Assembly (NCBI GenBank): GCA_040414485.1 | Contig: JBEDUK010000010.1 | Location: forward strand, 30,147-94,146 | DNA from: Actinomycetota bacterium | Lineage (GTDB): Bacteria; Actinomycetota; UBA4738 | Length of the DNA: 64,000 bases | Direction of reading: 5' to 3' | In this document: one piece after another, positions 10,473-19,460 of the stretch | Layout: the number at the start of each line of letters is the position of its first letter | How positions within the stretch are numbered: the stretch's first letter is position 1 | Program-made: the position numbers and the translations under genes | The notes under the pieces: model-generated | Told to the model about the DNA's origin: nothing | The model's input: the letters and a program-made list of their open reading frames with translations, nothing else | Databases searched by the model: none

Positions 10473-11498
10473 TTACGCGGCGGACTCCATCTCCGGCGTG
10501 TACTGCCCGTACCGCGCGGCGCCGTTCAGCTTCGCCCGGTGATAGAACGCCTTCTGACCCTCTCCGAGGCCCTCGTCGGCACCGCCCCAGGCCTTCAACG
10601 CCGGCGCCTGCAGCGCGCGGCCGTAGGAGAAGGACAGCTGCCACGGGAGGTCGATGCGGAGCGCGTTCATGGCGTTCAGGTTCGCCGTGGCCTGCTCGTC
10701 GGTCTGCCCGCCGGACAGGAACACGATCCCCGGCACCGCGGCAGGAACGTGATCCAGGAAGCAGCGGATCGTCTCGCGCGCGACCTCGTCCGGACCCGCC
10801 TGGTCCGCGGCCTTCTTCCCGGACAGGACCATGTTCGGCTTCAGGAGCGACCCGGGAAGGTCCACGCGAGCATCGAACAGTTCGCCGTAGACCGCGTGCA
10901 GCGTGCGGGAGGTGACGTCGAAGCACGCGGCGATGTCGTGGTCGCCTTCCATCATCACCTCGGGCTCGACGATCGGAACAAGGCCGGCCTCCTGACAGAG
11001 CGCCGCGTATCGCGCGAGCGCGTGGGCGTTCGCCTTGATGCCGTCGTCGGTGGGGACGCCGCCCGCCACGTCGATGTTGATGACGGCGCGCCACTTCGCG
11101 AACTTCGCGCCAAGCTCGACGTACTCGGCCAGGCGGGCACGCAGTCCGTCGAGGCCCTCGGTGACCTCTTCGCCCGGGAACGCGGACAGCGGCTTCGAGC
11201 CCTTGTCCACCTTGATCCCGGGGATGACGCCGGCGTCGCTCAGCACCTGCACGAACGTGCGGCCGTCGGCGGCGCTCTGGCGGATGGTCTCGTCGAAGAG
11301 GATCACGCCGCTGATGAATTCGCCCACGCCGGGGGTGGTGAACAGCATCTCGCGGTACTGGCGCCGGTTGTCCTCGGTGGACTCGACGCTGATCGAGTCG
11401 AAACGCTTCTTGATGGTCCCCTCGCTCTCATCGGCCGCCAGGATGCCCTTGCCGGGAGCCACCAGCGCCCGCGCGATCGCGCCCAGGTCGTTCCCCAT
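10473..11498 (-). CDS. fba: class I fructose-bisphosphate aldolase
   Basis: 341 aa with strong class-I FBA signature (ILAADESEGTIKKRF..., LLKPNMV, IVFLSGGQ). Confidence 0.9.
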   Translation of the reverse strand: MGNDLGAIARALVAPGKGILAADESEGTIKKRFDSISVESTEDNRRQYREMLFTTPGVGEFISGVILFDETIRQSAADGRTFVQVLSDAGVIPGIKVDKGSKPLSAFPGEEVTEGLDGLRARLAEYVELGAKFAKWRAVINIDVAGGVPTDDGIKANAHALARYAALCQEAGLVPIVEPEVMMEGDHDIAACFDVTSRTLHAVYGELFDARVDLPGSLLKPNMVLSGKKAADQAGPDEVARETIRCFLDHVPAAVPGIVFLSGGQTDEQATANLNAMNALRIDLPWQLSFSYGRALQAPALKAWGGADEGLGEGQKAFYHRAKLNGAARYGQYTPEMESAA

Positions 11499-11584
11499 CG
11501 TTCGCCCCTCCTCGAGTCAGGATCCGGTCGTCGAAAGTCTTGCACACCCTCACCGACGCCGACCCCGGCCGTCCGGGCCGAACG

Positions 11585-12493
11585 TCACCCGAACGTGGGG
11601 TCCGGGACCCTGCGCTCGGGATCGAAGAGGCCGGCCTCGCTGGCGACGTACTGGTCACGATCGACGATCCTCCAGCCCGATCTGATCAGCGGGACGGTCG
11701 CCGGATGCGGGCCCGGAAGGGACATGCCCAGTCGCGTGACGCCGCGTTCCGCGGCGTGGGAGAACACGGCGATCAGCGCCTCGAGCGACGTCGCCGGTTC
11801 CACCTCCGGGCCGACCTGGAGTGATGCGATCCACCACACCTCCTCGTCCAGCGGCGGGTCGTCGGTGAGGTACGCGTAGCCGATCGGACGGCCGGCGCGC
11901 ACGATTTCCAGCGGCACGGCGTGACGAAGCCGTGTTCCCCAGTACGCGTGGTCCTCCGGGCGGAAGACTCCGCCCCACGATCGCTCCAGGTCGGCAAGAG
12001 CGGAAGGCTGGACGTCCGGTTCGATGGTCACCGCAAGGTTCTTGTCCTGCGATGCCGCGCCGGGATCGCCGGTCACGTACAGGCTCGGCCATCGCGGAGC
12101 CATGCCGAACCGGACGTACAAGGGCAGCGCGTTCGGGTGGGCGGAGGAGAATGTCTGCCGTGGCCAGTGGTCGCCGAGCACCGCCGCGAGCACACGGGCG
12201 CCGATCCCATGGCCGTGCCAGTTCGGATCCACGAACAGATCGGAGACCATGGCGACACCCCCGCGGATCACCGTGCCACCCATCGCGACGATCTCGCCGC
12301 CGCTCGTCTCGGCGACCGCCATGCGGCCGGTCGCCAGCTCGTGTTCCAGGTATCGGAGGCGATCAGGATCGGCCGGCGGCGGTTCGCCCCGGTGGTCGCA
12401 ACGCCACGTCACGGCGAACGCAGCAGGCAGGTCCTGCGCGGTGGCGGCGCGGACCCCGACGACCTCGGCGGCGCCGGCGGCCGGGGTCACGAT
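11585..12493 (-). CDS. GNAT-family N-acetyltransferase with ~150-aa C-terminal extension
   Basis: GNAT motif A (VSDLFVDPNWHGHGIGARVLAAVL). Lies in the lower part of a 661-aa artefact ORF. The start is approximate and overlaps the stop of the upstream gene, which suggests translational coupling. Confidence 0.5.
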   Translation of the reverse strand: MVTPAAGAAEVVGVRAATAQDLPAAFAVTWRCDHRGEPPPADPDRLRYLEHELATGRMAVAETSGGEIVAMGGTVIRGGVAMVSDLFVDPNWHGHGIGARVLAAVLGDHWPRQTFSSAHPNALPLYVRFGMAPRWPSLYVTGDPGAASQDKNLAVTIEPDVQPSALADLERSWGGVFRPEDHAYWGTRLRHAVPLEIVRAGRPIGYAYLTDDPPLDEEVWWIASLQVGPEVEPATSLEALIAVFSHAAERGVTRLGMSLPGPHPATVPLIRSGWRIVDRDQYVASEAGLFDPERRVPDPTFG

Positions 12494-13488
12494 TCGCGGA
12501 GTCGCGCCGCGACCGTCTCGAGCATGGCCCATGCCACGTCCGGGTCGGCCGCGAGGGTCTCGCGGAGCGTCTGGCGCGACACCGTCAGTGTTCGCACCGG
12601 CGTCTCGGCGATCACGTCGGCCATACGGGGGCCGCCGGACAGGACCGACACCTCGCCGAAGAAGTCGCCCTGGTGCAGGGTCGCGATCGGCCTGCCGGCT
12701 CGTTCGACCCGGACCGTGCCCTCGAGCAACAGGAACAGGATGTCGCCCGATTCGCCCTCGCCCACGACGGGCTCGCCGGCGCCGAATCGGCGCTCCTCGC
12801 CGCGAGCCAGCACGGCCTGCTGAAGGTCGGGCGAGAGTCCGGAGAAGACCGACACGGCGGCGAGCGGAAGGCGTTCGTACTGGCCGGCATGGAACAGCAG
12901 CGGCCGGCCCTCGCCGTAGCGTGCGTATTCGACCTGCCCCAGGAACAGCGAATGGTCGCCGCCCCAGTACGACCGGACGACGCGCGCGACGACGTTCGCC
13001 AGGGCGCCGTCCACGAGCGGCGTGTCGTGGATGGAGGCGAACCGGTACTCGGGCGCGCCGCCCTGCGCCCGTCCCGCGAAGTGATCTGAGAGCGCGCTCT
13101 GTTCGGAGGACAGGACGCTGACGCCGAAGCGCCGGCCCTCGTGGAGCAGCGCGTGCATCCGCGCGCGGCGGTCGACGCTGATCGCGACCAGCGGCGGCTT
13201 GAGCGACACGGACATGAACGCGTTCGCGGTCATGCCGTGGACCTGATCGCCGACCTCCACGGTGATGACCGTGACGCCGGTGGCGAACTTGCCGAGCGTG
13301 CGGCGGAACTCGAGCGCCGCGTCCGTGACCGCTTCGGCACCGGTCGCGACCTCGAGCGGCGTCGGTGGAGCGACCTCCTCCCATGGCACCTCCCCAATCC
13401 CGTCGGGCCCACCGGTGACGAAGACGCCGCCGCGAGGAACCTCGAACTCGGCGACGGGCGGCAGGTCGTTCTCTGACATGTCGGGCAC
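12487..13488 (-). CDS. flavin reductase-like domain protein fused to a C-terminal cyclic-nucleotide-binding (CAP_ED) domain
   Basis: The N-terminal part is HpaC/flavin-reductase-like (VTVITVEVGDQVHGMTANAFMSVSLKPPLVAISV). The C-terminal part is cNMP-binding (ILFLLLEGTVRVERAGRPIATLHQGDFFGEVSVL). GTG start. Confidence 0.75.
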   Translation of the reverse strand: MPDMSENDLPPVAEFEVPRGGVFVTGGPDGIGEVPWEEVAPPTPLEVATGAEAVTDAALEFRRTLGKFATGVTVITVEVGDQVHGMTANAFMSVSLKPPLVAISVDRRARMHALLHEGRRFGVSVLSSEQSALSDHFAGRAQGGAPEYRFASIHDTPLVDGALANVVARVVRSYWGGDHSLFLGQVEYARYGEGRPLLFHAGQYERLPLAAVSVFSGLSPDLQQAVLARGEERRFGAGEPVVGEGESGDILFLLLEGTVRVERAGRPIATLHQGDFFGEVSVLSGGPRMADVIAETPVRTLTVSRQTLRETLAADPDVAWAMLETVAARLRES

Positions 13489-13593
13489 AGCGTACGTCCA
13501 CGCTGGGCCGGCCGACCTCCGGCATCGCCACGTCCACTAGGCTGCGTGCGGTTCCGTATTCGGGTGGCAATCGGGAGGGAGCGACAGCCGGTC

Positions 13594-14922
13594 ATGACCA
13601 TGGACATCGACCTCGCGTACGAGATCGGAGTCGAGGGTTACACCTATCTCTATCCGGTCGTGCTGATGGAGACGACCCGCAGGCAGATGACGAACGTCGA
13701 GTCCGCCGGTCAGGTCATCGGACGGGGACCCGCCGACACGTTCGTGCACCTTCGCGCGTTCCCCCCGGCCGACTTCCGAGACGTCGTCAGGCCGAACTTC
13801 GACACGCTGTACTCGGTCGCGTGGCTCGACCTGCGCGAGGAGCCCCGCATCGTCTCGGTGGGCTCAGCCGGCGACGACGGCTACTACCTGCTCCCCCACT
13901 ACGACATGTGGGGCGAGGTCTTCGCGTGCCCGGGCACGCGGACGACCGGGAACGAGGCCAACGACTTCGCCATCGTCGGGCCCGGCTGGTCCGGGGACAC
14001 TCCCGAAGGGGTCCGGCGCTACGCGGCTCCGACGGACTGGGTCTGGATCATCGGACGAACAAAGGCGAGCGTCGCGACCTACGAAGCGGTGCACGCGTTC
14101 CAGGACCGCATGTCGATCGCGCCACGCTCTTCCTGGGGCGGGCCGCGTCCGGCCGTCGCGGGCGTGCACGATCCCTCGATCGACGACACCACGCCGCCGC
14201 TGCGGACCGTCTTCGCCATGGATGCGGCCGCGTTCTTCGGCACGGCTGCTCGGCTTCTCGGCGCATATCCGCCGCATTTCCAGGATTCCCCCACCCTGGA
14301 CCGGCTGGCGCGGATCGGCTTCAGGGCCGGCCGGCCCTTCGACCTGCAGGCGGCGGAACCGGCGGTCAAAGAGGGGCTCGAGCGCGCGGTCCCTGCGGCG
14401 CAGGCGCGGATCACGGATCAGCAGACGAAGCTCGGCCGTCACCAGAACGGCTGGGGGATCGTGGCAGGCAACATGGGCAACTACGGGACCGACTACCTCC
14501 AGCGCGCGTGCGTCGAACTCGTCGGCCTGGGGGCGAATCTGCCGGAGGACGCCATCTATCCGGTCTGTTACGTGGACGCCGACGGCCGGCCGCTCACCGG
14601 CGAGCACCGTTACGTGTGGCATTTCGACGCGAAGAGCCTCCCCCCGGTCAAAGCCTTCTGGTCGGCCACGCTGTACGACGCCGAGGGCTTCCAGGTTGCG
14701 AACGAAATCAACCGCTTCGCCATCGGCGATCGCAACGACCTCGCATTCAACGACGACGGCTCGCTGGACATCCTCATTCAGCACGAACGGCCGGAGAGCG
14801 GCACGTCGAACTGGCTCCCCTCGCCGCAGGGCGGGTTCAACCTGTGCGCCCGGCTTTACTACCCGAAGGCGGAGGTGCTGGACGGGTCGTGGTCACCGCC
14901 ACCCGTCCAACGGGTGGGGTAG
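13594..14922 (+). CDS. DUF1254/DUF1214 domain protein
   Basis: Typical N-terminus (GYTYLYPVVLMETTRRQMTN ... PNFDTLYSVAWLDL) and DUF1214-like C-terminus (FWSATLYD...). Divergent from the flavin-reductase gene. Confidence 0.7.
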   Translation: MTMDIDLAYEIGVEGYTYLYPVVLMETTRRQMTNVESAGQVIGRGPADTFVHLRAFPPADFRDVVRPNFDTLYSVAWLDLREEPRIVSVGSAGDDGYYLLPHYDMWGEVFACPGTRTTGNEANDFAIVGPGWSGDTPEGVRRYAAPTDWVWIIGRTKASVATYEAVHAFQDRMSIAPRSSWGGPRPAVAGVHDPSIDDTTPPLRTVFAMDAAAFFGTAARLLGAYPPHFQDSPTLDRLARIGFRAGRPFDLQAAEPAVKEGLERAVPAAQARITDQQTKLGRHQNGWGIVAGNMGNYGTDYLQRACVELVGLGANLPEDAIYPVCYVDADGRPLTGEHRYVWHFDAKSLPPVKAFWSATLYDAEGFQVANEINRFAIGDRNDLAFNDDGSLDILIQHERPESGTSNWLPSPQGGFNLCARLYYPKAEVLDGSWSPPPVQRVG

Positions 14923-14949
14923 CGCCCGGCAGATCCGGCGCCTGGGTCC

Positions 14950-16290
14950 TCAGGACCAGGGGAACGGCGAGTGGCTCACGGGGTGCAGCCTGCCTTCGGC
15001 GTAACGGCTGAACCGGAACGGGTCCAGAAGCGATTGCCGCTCCCCCATCAGCTCCTTCGCCACCAGCGCCCCGACCCCGATCATCTTGTAGCCGTGGTTC
15101 GAGTCGGCGACCACGTGGACGTTGTCGACGAACGTGTCGAAGACCGGGAACGAATCCGGCGTGAACGCGCCGATGCCGCCGCTCGGGGCCTTGTGATACA
15201 CGCCCCGCTTCCCCTCGAACCGCTTCTGGCAGTGCGCGAGCGCGGAGGTCCACATGCGTTCGAAGTCCTCCGTCACGACGTAGTCTTTGGACAGCGGCCC
15301 GTAGGGATCGACCTTGACGTCGTCGGCGGGCAGCGGAACCGTCCACGGCGCCGAGCCGCCCTGCACGCCGTCGAAGTTGAAGTCCGGCTTGTAGTAGATG
15401 CCCCACAGCTCGCCGGTGACCAGCGAGCCGTCGGCGTCGTCGTAGAGCGGCGCGTCGGTGTCCACGTGGATCACCGGCGGCATCCGCCCGTCGTTGGTCT
15501 GGAGATAGTTGGGATCGACGCCGAGCGTCCCCTCCGTGAGGCACCAGTACGTCCACATCGGCCGGTCGTAGGTCTCGCCGTCGCGGCCCATGACGGGGAT
15601 CACGCCGGGCAGGTCCAGCATGTGCCAGAAGTCCCGGACCCACGGGCCGGCGGCGACCACGACCGCGTCGCACGCGATGTCGCCCTGGTCGGTCACGACG
15701 CCGGTGACTGCCCCGCTCGCGTCGCGGTCGAATCCGGCCACGCGAACGGGAGACAGAACCTGGACCCCGAGCGCCCGGCCCTTCTCTGCGAGGCCCGCCA
15801 TGGAGGGCATGTTCTCGGCGTAGCCGCCCCGCTTCTCGTGCAGCACGACCGAGATGTTCTTCGCCTGCCAGTCATGGAACAGATTCTGCATGTAGAGGTG
15901 GCAGTCGGTCTCGCCTTCGACCAGGACTGACTCGTAGCCGATGGCCTGCTGCTGCTCGTGGATCGAAACCACATCCTCGTGCATCACCGCGGGCGCGAGC
16001 TGCATGTAGCCGACCGGGTGGTAGTGGAACGCGGCCGGATCCGACTCCCAGATCGCGACGCTGTGCGCCATCAGCTCTCGCATGGCCGGCTGGAAGTAGT
16101 TGTTCCGAACCACCCCGCACGCCAGGCCCGACGGGCCGGCGCCGATGCCCGTCTTGTCGAGGACGATCACGTCCGCACCGGACCCCGTGCCGCGCGCCTC
16201 CAATTCCTTCGCCAGGTGCCACGCGGTCGACAGGCCGTGGACGCCCGCGCCGATGACCACGTACCGGGCGCTCGACAGAACCGAAGCCAT
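14950..16290 (-). CDS. FAD-dependent oxidoreductase (DAO family; sarcosine/glycine-oxidase-like)
   Basis: N-terminal GxGxxG (YVVIGAGVHGLSTAWHLA) and DAO-fold motifs. It is the last gene of the fhs-gmaS-mgs operon, 30 bp after the VOC gene. Confidence 0.8.
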   Translation of the reverse strand: MASVLSSARYVVIGAGVHGLSTAWHLAKELEARGTGSGADVIVLDKTGIGAGPSGLACGVVRNNYFQPAMRELMAHSVAIWESDPAAFHYHPVGYMQLAPAVMHEDVVSIHEQQQAIGYESVLVEGETDCHLYMQNLFHDWQAKNISVVLHEKRGGYAENMPSMAGLAEKGRALGVQVLSPVRVAGFDRDASGAVTGVVTDQGDIACDAVVVAAGPWVRDFWHMLDLPGVIPVMGRDGETYDRPMWTYWCLTEGTLGVDPNYLQTNDGRMPPVIHVDTDAPLYDDADGSLVTGELWGIYYKPDFNFDGVQGGSAPWTVPLPADDVKVDPYGPLSKDYVVTEDFERMWTSALAHCQKRFEGKRGVYHKAPSGGIGAFTPDSFPVFDTFVDNVHVVADSNHGYKMIGVGALVAKELMGERQSLLDPFRFSRYAEGRLHPVSHSPFPWS

Positions 16291-16320
16291 CAGCGTTCGT
16301 CCTCTCGTCAGGTATCTTTA

Positions 16321-16707
16321 CTAATCGGGATCAGCGTCTGCCCGCGCCGGACAGACGCAGAAATGCGTTCCCTGCGGGTCTCGCATGACGGTCCACCTGA
16401 TGCACCGGGGTTGGCCGCAGCCGGACTCGTTCACCTCCCATGCGACGCTCGCTCCGAGCGACTCCAGACGAGCCACCTCGGCGTCCGGATCGTCCACGCG
16501 GAGGTCCAGATGCACGGGCGTCTTGCCGTCCGGGACGGCGTCGACGCGCTGGATCAGCACCCTGGGCCGGCCGTCGTCGCCGGGTGGGCCGAGAACCGTG
16601 TACGGCTCGCGGGTGTAGAGCACCTCGTACCCGAGCGCCTTCGACCAGAACGCCACCGCGGCATCGGGGTCGACCGCGTCGAGCGTGACCTCGATCGAGG
16701 CGGTCAT
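16321..16707 (-). CDS. VOC (glyoxalase/bleomycin-resistance/dioxygenase) family protein
   Basis: MTASIEVTLDAVDPDAAVAFWSKALGYE... is a typical glyoxalase-like fold start. 23 bp downstream of the preceding gene. Confidence 0.7.
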   Translation of the reverse strand: MTASIEVTLDAVDPDAAVAFWSKALGYEVLYTREPYTVLGPPGDDGRPRVLIQRVDAVPDGKTPVHLDLRVDDPDAEVARLESLGASVAWEVNESGCGQPRCIRWTVMRDPQGTHFCVCPARADADPD

Positions 16708-16730
16708 GCTGCGCCGGCCGGTCGCGGCTT

Positions 16731-17165
16731 CTAGTGGCCCGAGGGCTTCTCCCAGCCCTCGAGCACGGCCGGGTGGTAATCGGTCCCCACCGTCTCCGAA
16801 TCCTCGACCCACGGCCCGAGCAACGGCTGCGGAAACTTCGCGTACTGCTGCTTCAGCCGGATCCCGTAGGAGTTCCCGCTCACCAGATGCTTCATCAGCA
16901 CCTTGCGGGCCATCTCGTCCCGGCGCCCGTCCGGGATGTCGAAGTAGATCTTGAGGAAGGAGTTCGAATAGCGGTCGAAGACGGCCGGCACGCCGTCCTC
17001 CTCCAGCAGGTGCACGTCCTCAAGCCAGTTCAGGTCCTCGCCGGGCGTGAGCGCCAGCAGGTCGACATCGTCCAGGAGCGAGATGTCCTCCTGGTACGGG
17101 AACCGCTGCCCGGCCAGTTCCTCCGCGTCGATCCCGATCTTGGTCGAAAGGTGCGGCTCGGTCAT
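16731..17165 (-). CDS. hypothetical acidic protein (144 aa), co-operonic with N-methylglutamate synthase genes
   Basis: Clean ORF 13 bp downstream of the mgsC stop. No recognisable domain. Confidence 0.5.
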   Translation of the reverse strand: MTEPHLSTKIGIDAEELAGQRFPYQEDISLLDDVDLLALTPGEDLNWLEDVHLLEEDGVPAVFDRYSNSFLKIYFDIPDGRRDEMARKVLMKHLVSGNSYGIRLKQQYAKFPQPLLGPWVEDSETVGTDYHPAVLEGWEKPSGH

Positions 17166-17178
17166 GGCCTGCCCCCTC

Positions 17179-18582
17179 TCATCCCTGGCCCTGGTCGGCC
17201 AGGTACTTCTCGAGCATGCCCTTGATCTCGCCGAGCGTGCGATCCTCCGACACGCCCGGGATGTAATCGGTCCCGGCGAGCGGCACCTTGGCCATGGCGG
17301 CAGCCTCGACGGTGAGCGCGCACAGGTCCTCGGGCTCCAGCGAGTGGACGTCTGTCTTCCCGCACGCGCGGGCGAGCATCTGCAGCTCCATGGTCATCGC
17401 GGTGAGGAAGTTGTAGACGCGGTTCGCGGCCTCGTCGACCTTGAGCCGCTTGCGGAGTTCCGGGTCCTGCGTGGCCACGCCGACCGGGCACCGTCCCGTG
17501 TGGCAGTGATAGCACTGGCCGGCGGGCACCCCGACCGTGCCCTCGTAGTCCGTGACGCCGGGGATCTCCTTGTTGCAGTTCAGCGCCATGAGGGCCGAAT
17601 GCCCGATGGCGACCGCCTTCGCGCCGAGCGCCAGGGCCTTGGCGACGTCCGCGCCGTTGCGGATCCCACCGGCAACGACCAGATCGACCTCGTCGGCCAG
17701 CCCGACGTCCTCCAGCGCGCGGCGCGCCTCGGGGATGGCCGCCATCAGCGGGATGCCCGTCTCCTCGGTGGCGATGTGCGGTCCGGCGCCGGTGGAGCCC
17801 TCGGCCCCGTCGAGGTAGATGATGTCCGGCCCGCACTTCGCCGCCATACGAACGTCGTCGTAGACGCGCGCCGCGCCGAGCTTCAACTGGATCGGGATCC
17901 GGTAGTCGGTGGCCTCGCGGATCTCCTGCACCTTCAGCGAAAGGTCGTCGGGGCCGAGCCAGTCCGGATGCCGTGCCGGCGAGCGCTGGTCGATCCCGGC
18001 GGGGAGCGAACGCATCTCCGCGACCTGTTCGGTCACCTTCTGTCCCATCAGGTGGCCGCCGAGCCCGACCTTGCAGCCCTGCCCGATGAAGAACTCGCAT
18101 CCGTCGGCGAGCATCAGGTGATGCGGGTTGAACCCGTACCGGCTCTGGATGCACTGGTAGTACCACTTGATCGACAGGTCCCGTTCGGGCGGGATCATGC
18201 CGCCCTCGCCCGAGCAGGTCGCCGTCCCAGCCATGGACGCCCCCTTCGCCAGGGCCATCTTCGCCTCCAGCGACAGCGCCCCGAACGACATACCGGTGAT
18301 GTAGATCGGGATGTCGAGCTCAAGCGGATTCTTCGCGAACCGCGCGCCGAGGACCGTCTTCGTCTCGCATTTCTCTCTGTAGCCCTCGATCACGAAGCGC
18401 GTGAGCGTACCCGGAAGGAACATCAATTCGTCCCAATGCGGGATCGGCTTGAACATGGAGAAACCGCGCATGCGGTATCGGCCAAGCTCGGCTTTCACGT
18501 GGATGTCGTTGATCACATCCGCCGTGAAGATCTGGCTGCGCCCGAGGACGTTCCTCCTGGTTGGCGCGTCTTCGACGGCCAT
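17179..18582 (-). CDS. mgsC: FMN-binding glutamate-synthase family protein (GltB central domain); N-methylglutamate synthase subunit C-like
   Basis: GltS FMN-domain motifs (IYITGMSFGALS, GEGG, VVAGGIRNGADVAKALALGA) and the Cys cluster for a 3Fe-4S (CYHCHTGRCP). Synteny with GATase-II and GXGXG genes. Confidence 0.8.
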   Translation of the reverse strand: MAVEDAPTRRNVLGRSQIFTADVINDIHVKAELGRYRMRGFSMFKPIPHWDELMFLPGTLTRFVIEGYREKCETKTVLGARFAKNPLELDIPIYITGMSFGALSLEAKMALAKGASMAGTATCSGEGGMIPPERDLSIKWYYQCIQSRYGFNPHHLMLADGCEFFIGQGCKVGLGGHLMGQKVTEQVAEMRSLPAGIDQRSPARHPDWLGPDDLSLKVQEIREATDYRIPIQLKLGAARVYDDVRMAAKCGPDIIYLDGAEGSTGAGPHIATEETGIPLMAAIPEARRALEDVGLADEVDLVVAGGIRNGADVAKALALGAKAVAIGHSALMALNCNKEIPGVTDYEGTVGVPAGQCYHCHTGRCPVGVATQDPELRKRLKVDEAANRVYNFLTAMTMELQMLARACGKTDVHSLEPEDLCALTVEAAAMAKVPLAGTDYIPGVSEDRTLGEIKGMLEKYLADQGQG

Positions 18583-18602
18583 CGGCTGCTCGCCCCCTCT
18601 CC

Positions 18603-19460
18603 CTAGTGGATCACGAGCTTGCGCTCGGATGGCTCGAGGCTGTCGTAGTTGTACAGGACCTTTCCGCACACGAACTTCTGGAACTCGGGCGGCGTGCCCA
18701 GGCCGTAGATGCGGAATTTCCGCTCGATCAATTCGGTGTCGGCGTCGCTCCAGTCGCCGGGGACACAGTCGATCCCGAGCGATTTCACCCTTCCTGCGAC
18801 GTAGATCTCGCCGTCGTACATGGAGTCACCAAGGCCCGGCCCCGCGTCACCGCAGATGATCTGGCGCCCCCGCTGCATCATGAACCCGGTCATGGAACCG
18901 ACGTCGCCGCAGACGACGATCGTGCCGCCCTTCTGATCGATCCCGGTCCGCGCGCCGGCCTGGCCCTTGATCACCAGGTCGCCGCCGCGGAACGCCGCGC
19001 CGGCCAGCGACCCCGCGTTCTTCTCGATCACGACGACTCCGGACATCATGTTCTCGCAGACGGACCAGCCGACCCGGCCGGTGACGGTGATCTCCGGCCC
19101 GTCGATCAGGCCGAGGCCGAAGTATCCGAGCGAGCCTTCGAACCGGATCCTGCAGCGTCGCAGAATGCCGACGCCGATCGAATGCTTCGCACCCGGATTG
19201 AGGACCGTGACGTCGTCGATCCCCTGCTCGTACAGAAGCCAGCGGAGTTCGAGGTTGATCTGGCGGATCGTGAGGCCCGCCGCGTTGAAGGTCGCCTTCG
19301 ACACCGCCTCGTCGATCTCGGAGATCTTCGGGACCTCCGCGATCGGCTCGGCCAGGCCGCGCGCGTCATACGTGATCCGCCGCCCACCGCTCGTTCGTGC
19401 GGGGGCTACGCTCCGCTGCGCTTCGCTACTCGAGCCCCCGAACCCCGTTACCGTGTCCAT
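18603..19460 (-). CDS. mgsB: GXGXG-motif protein (glutamate synthase alpha C-terminal-domain-like); N-methylglutamate synthase subunit B-like
   Basis: Repeated GxGxG motifs (RGGDLVIKGQAGARTGIDQKGGTIVVCGDVGSMTGFMMQRGRQIICGDAGPGLGDSM). ATG at 19460. Confidence 0.8.
   Translation of the reverse strand: MDTVTGFGGSSSEAQRSVAPARTSGGRRITYDARGLAEPIAEVPKISEIDEAVSKATFNAAGLTIRQINLELRWLLYEQGIDDVTVLNPGAKHSIGVGILRRCRIRFEGSLGYFGLGLIDGPEITVTGRVGWSVCENMMSGVVVIEKNAGSLAGAAFRGGDLVIKGQAGARTGIDQKGGTIVVCGDVGSMTGFMMQRGRQIICGDAGPGLGDSMYDGEIYVAGRVKSLGIDCVPGDWSDADTELIERKFRIYGLGTPPEFQKFVCGKVLYNYDSLEPSERKLVIH

Noticed and set aside
10539-11879. 446-aa (+) ORF antisense to the class-I aldolase
   Set aside because: No domain similarity. 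The opposite strand encodes an unmistakable FBA.
12494-13570. Upstream two-thirds of the 661-aa minus-strand ORF 11585..13570
   Set aside because: Overlaps, in another frame, the well-supported flavin-reductase/cNMP gene. Only the 3' ~300 codons (GNAT) show a protein-family signature.
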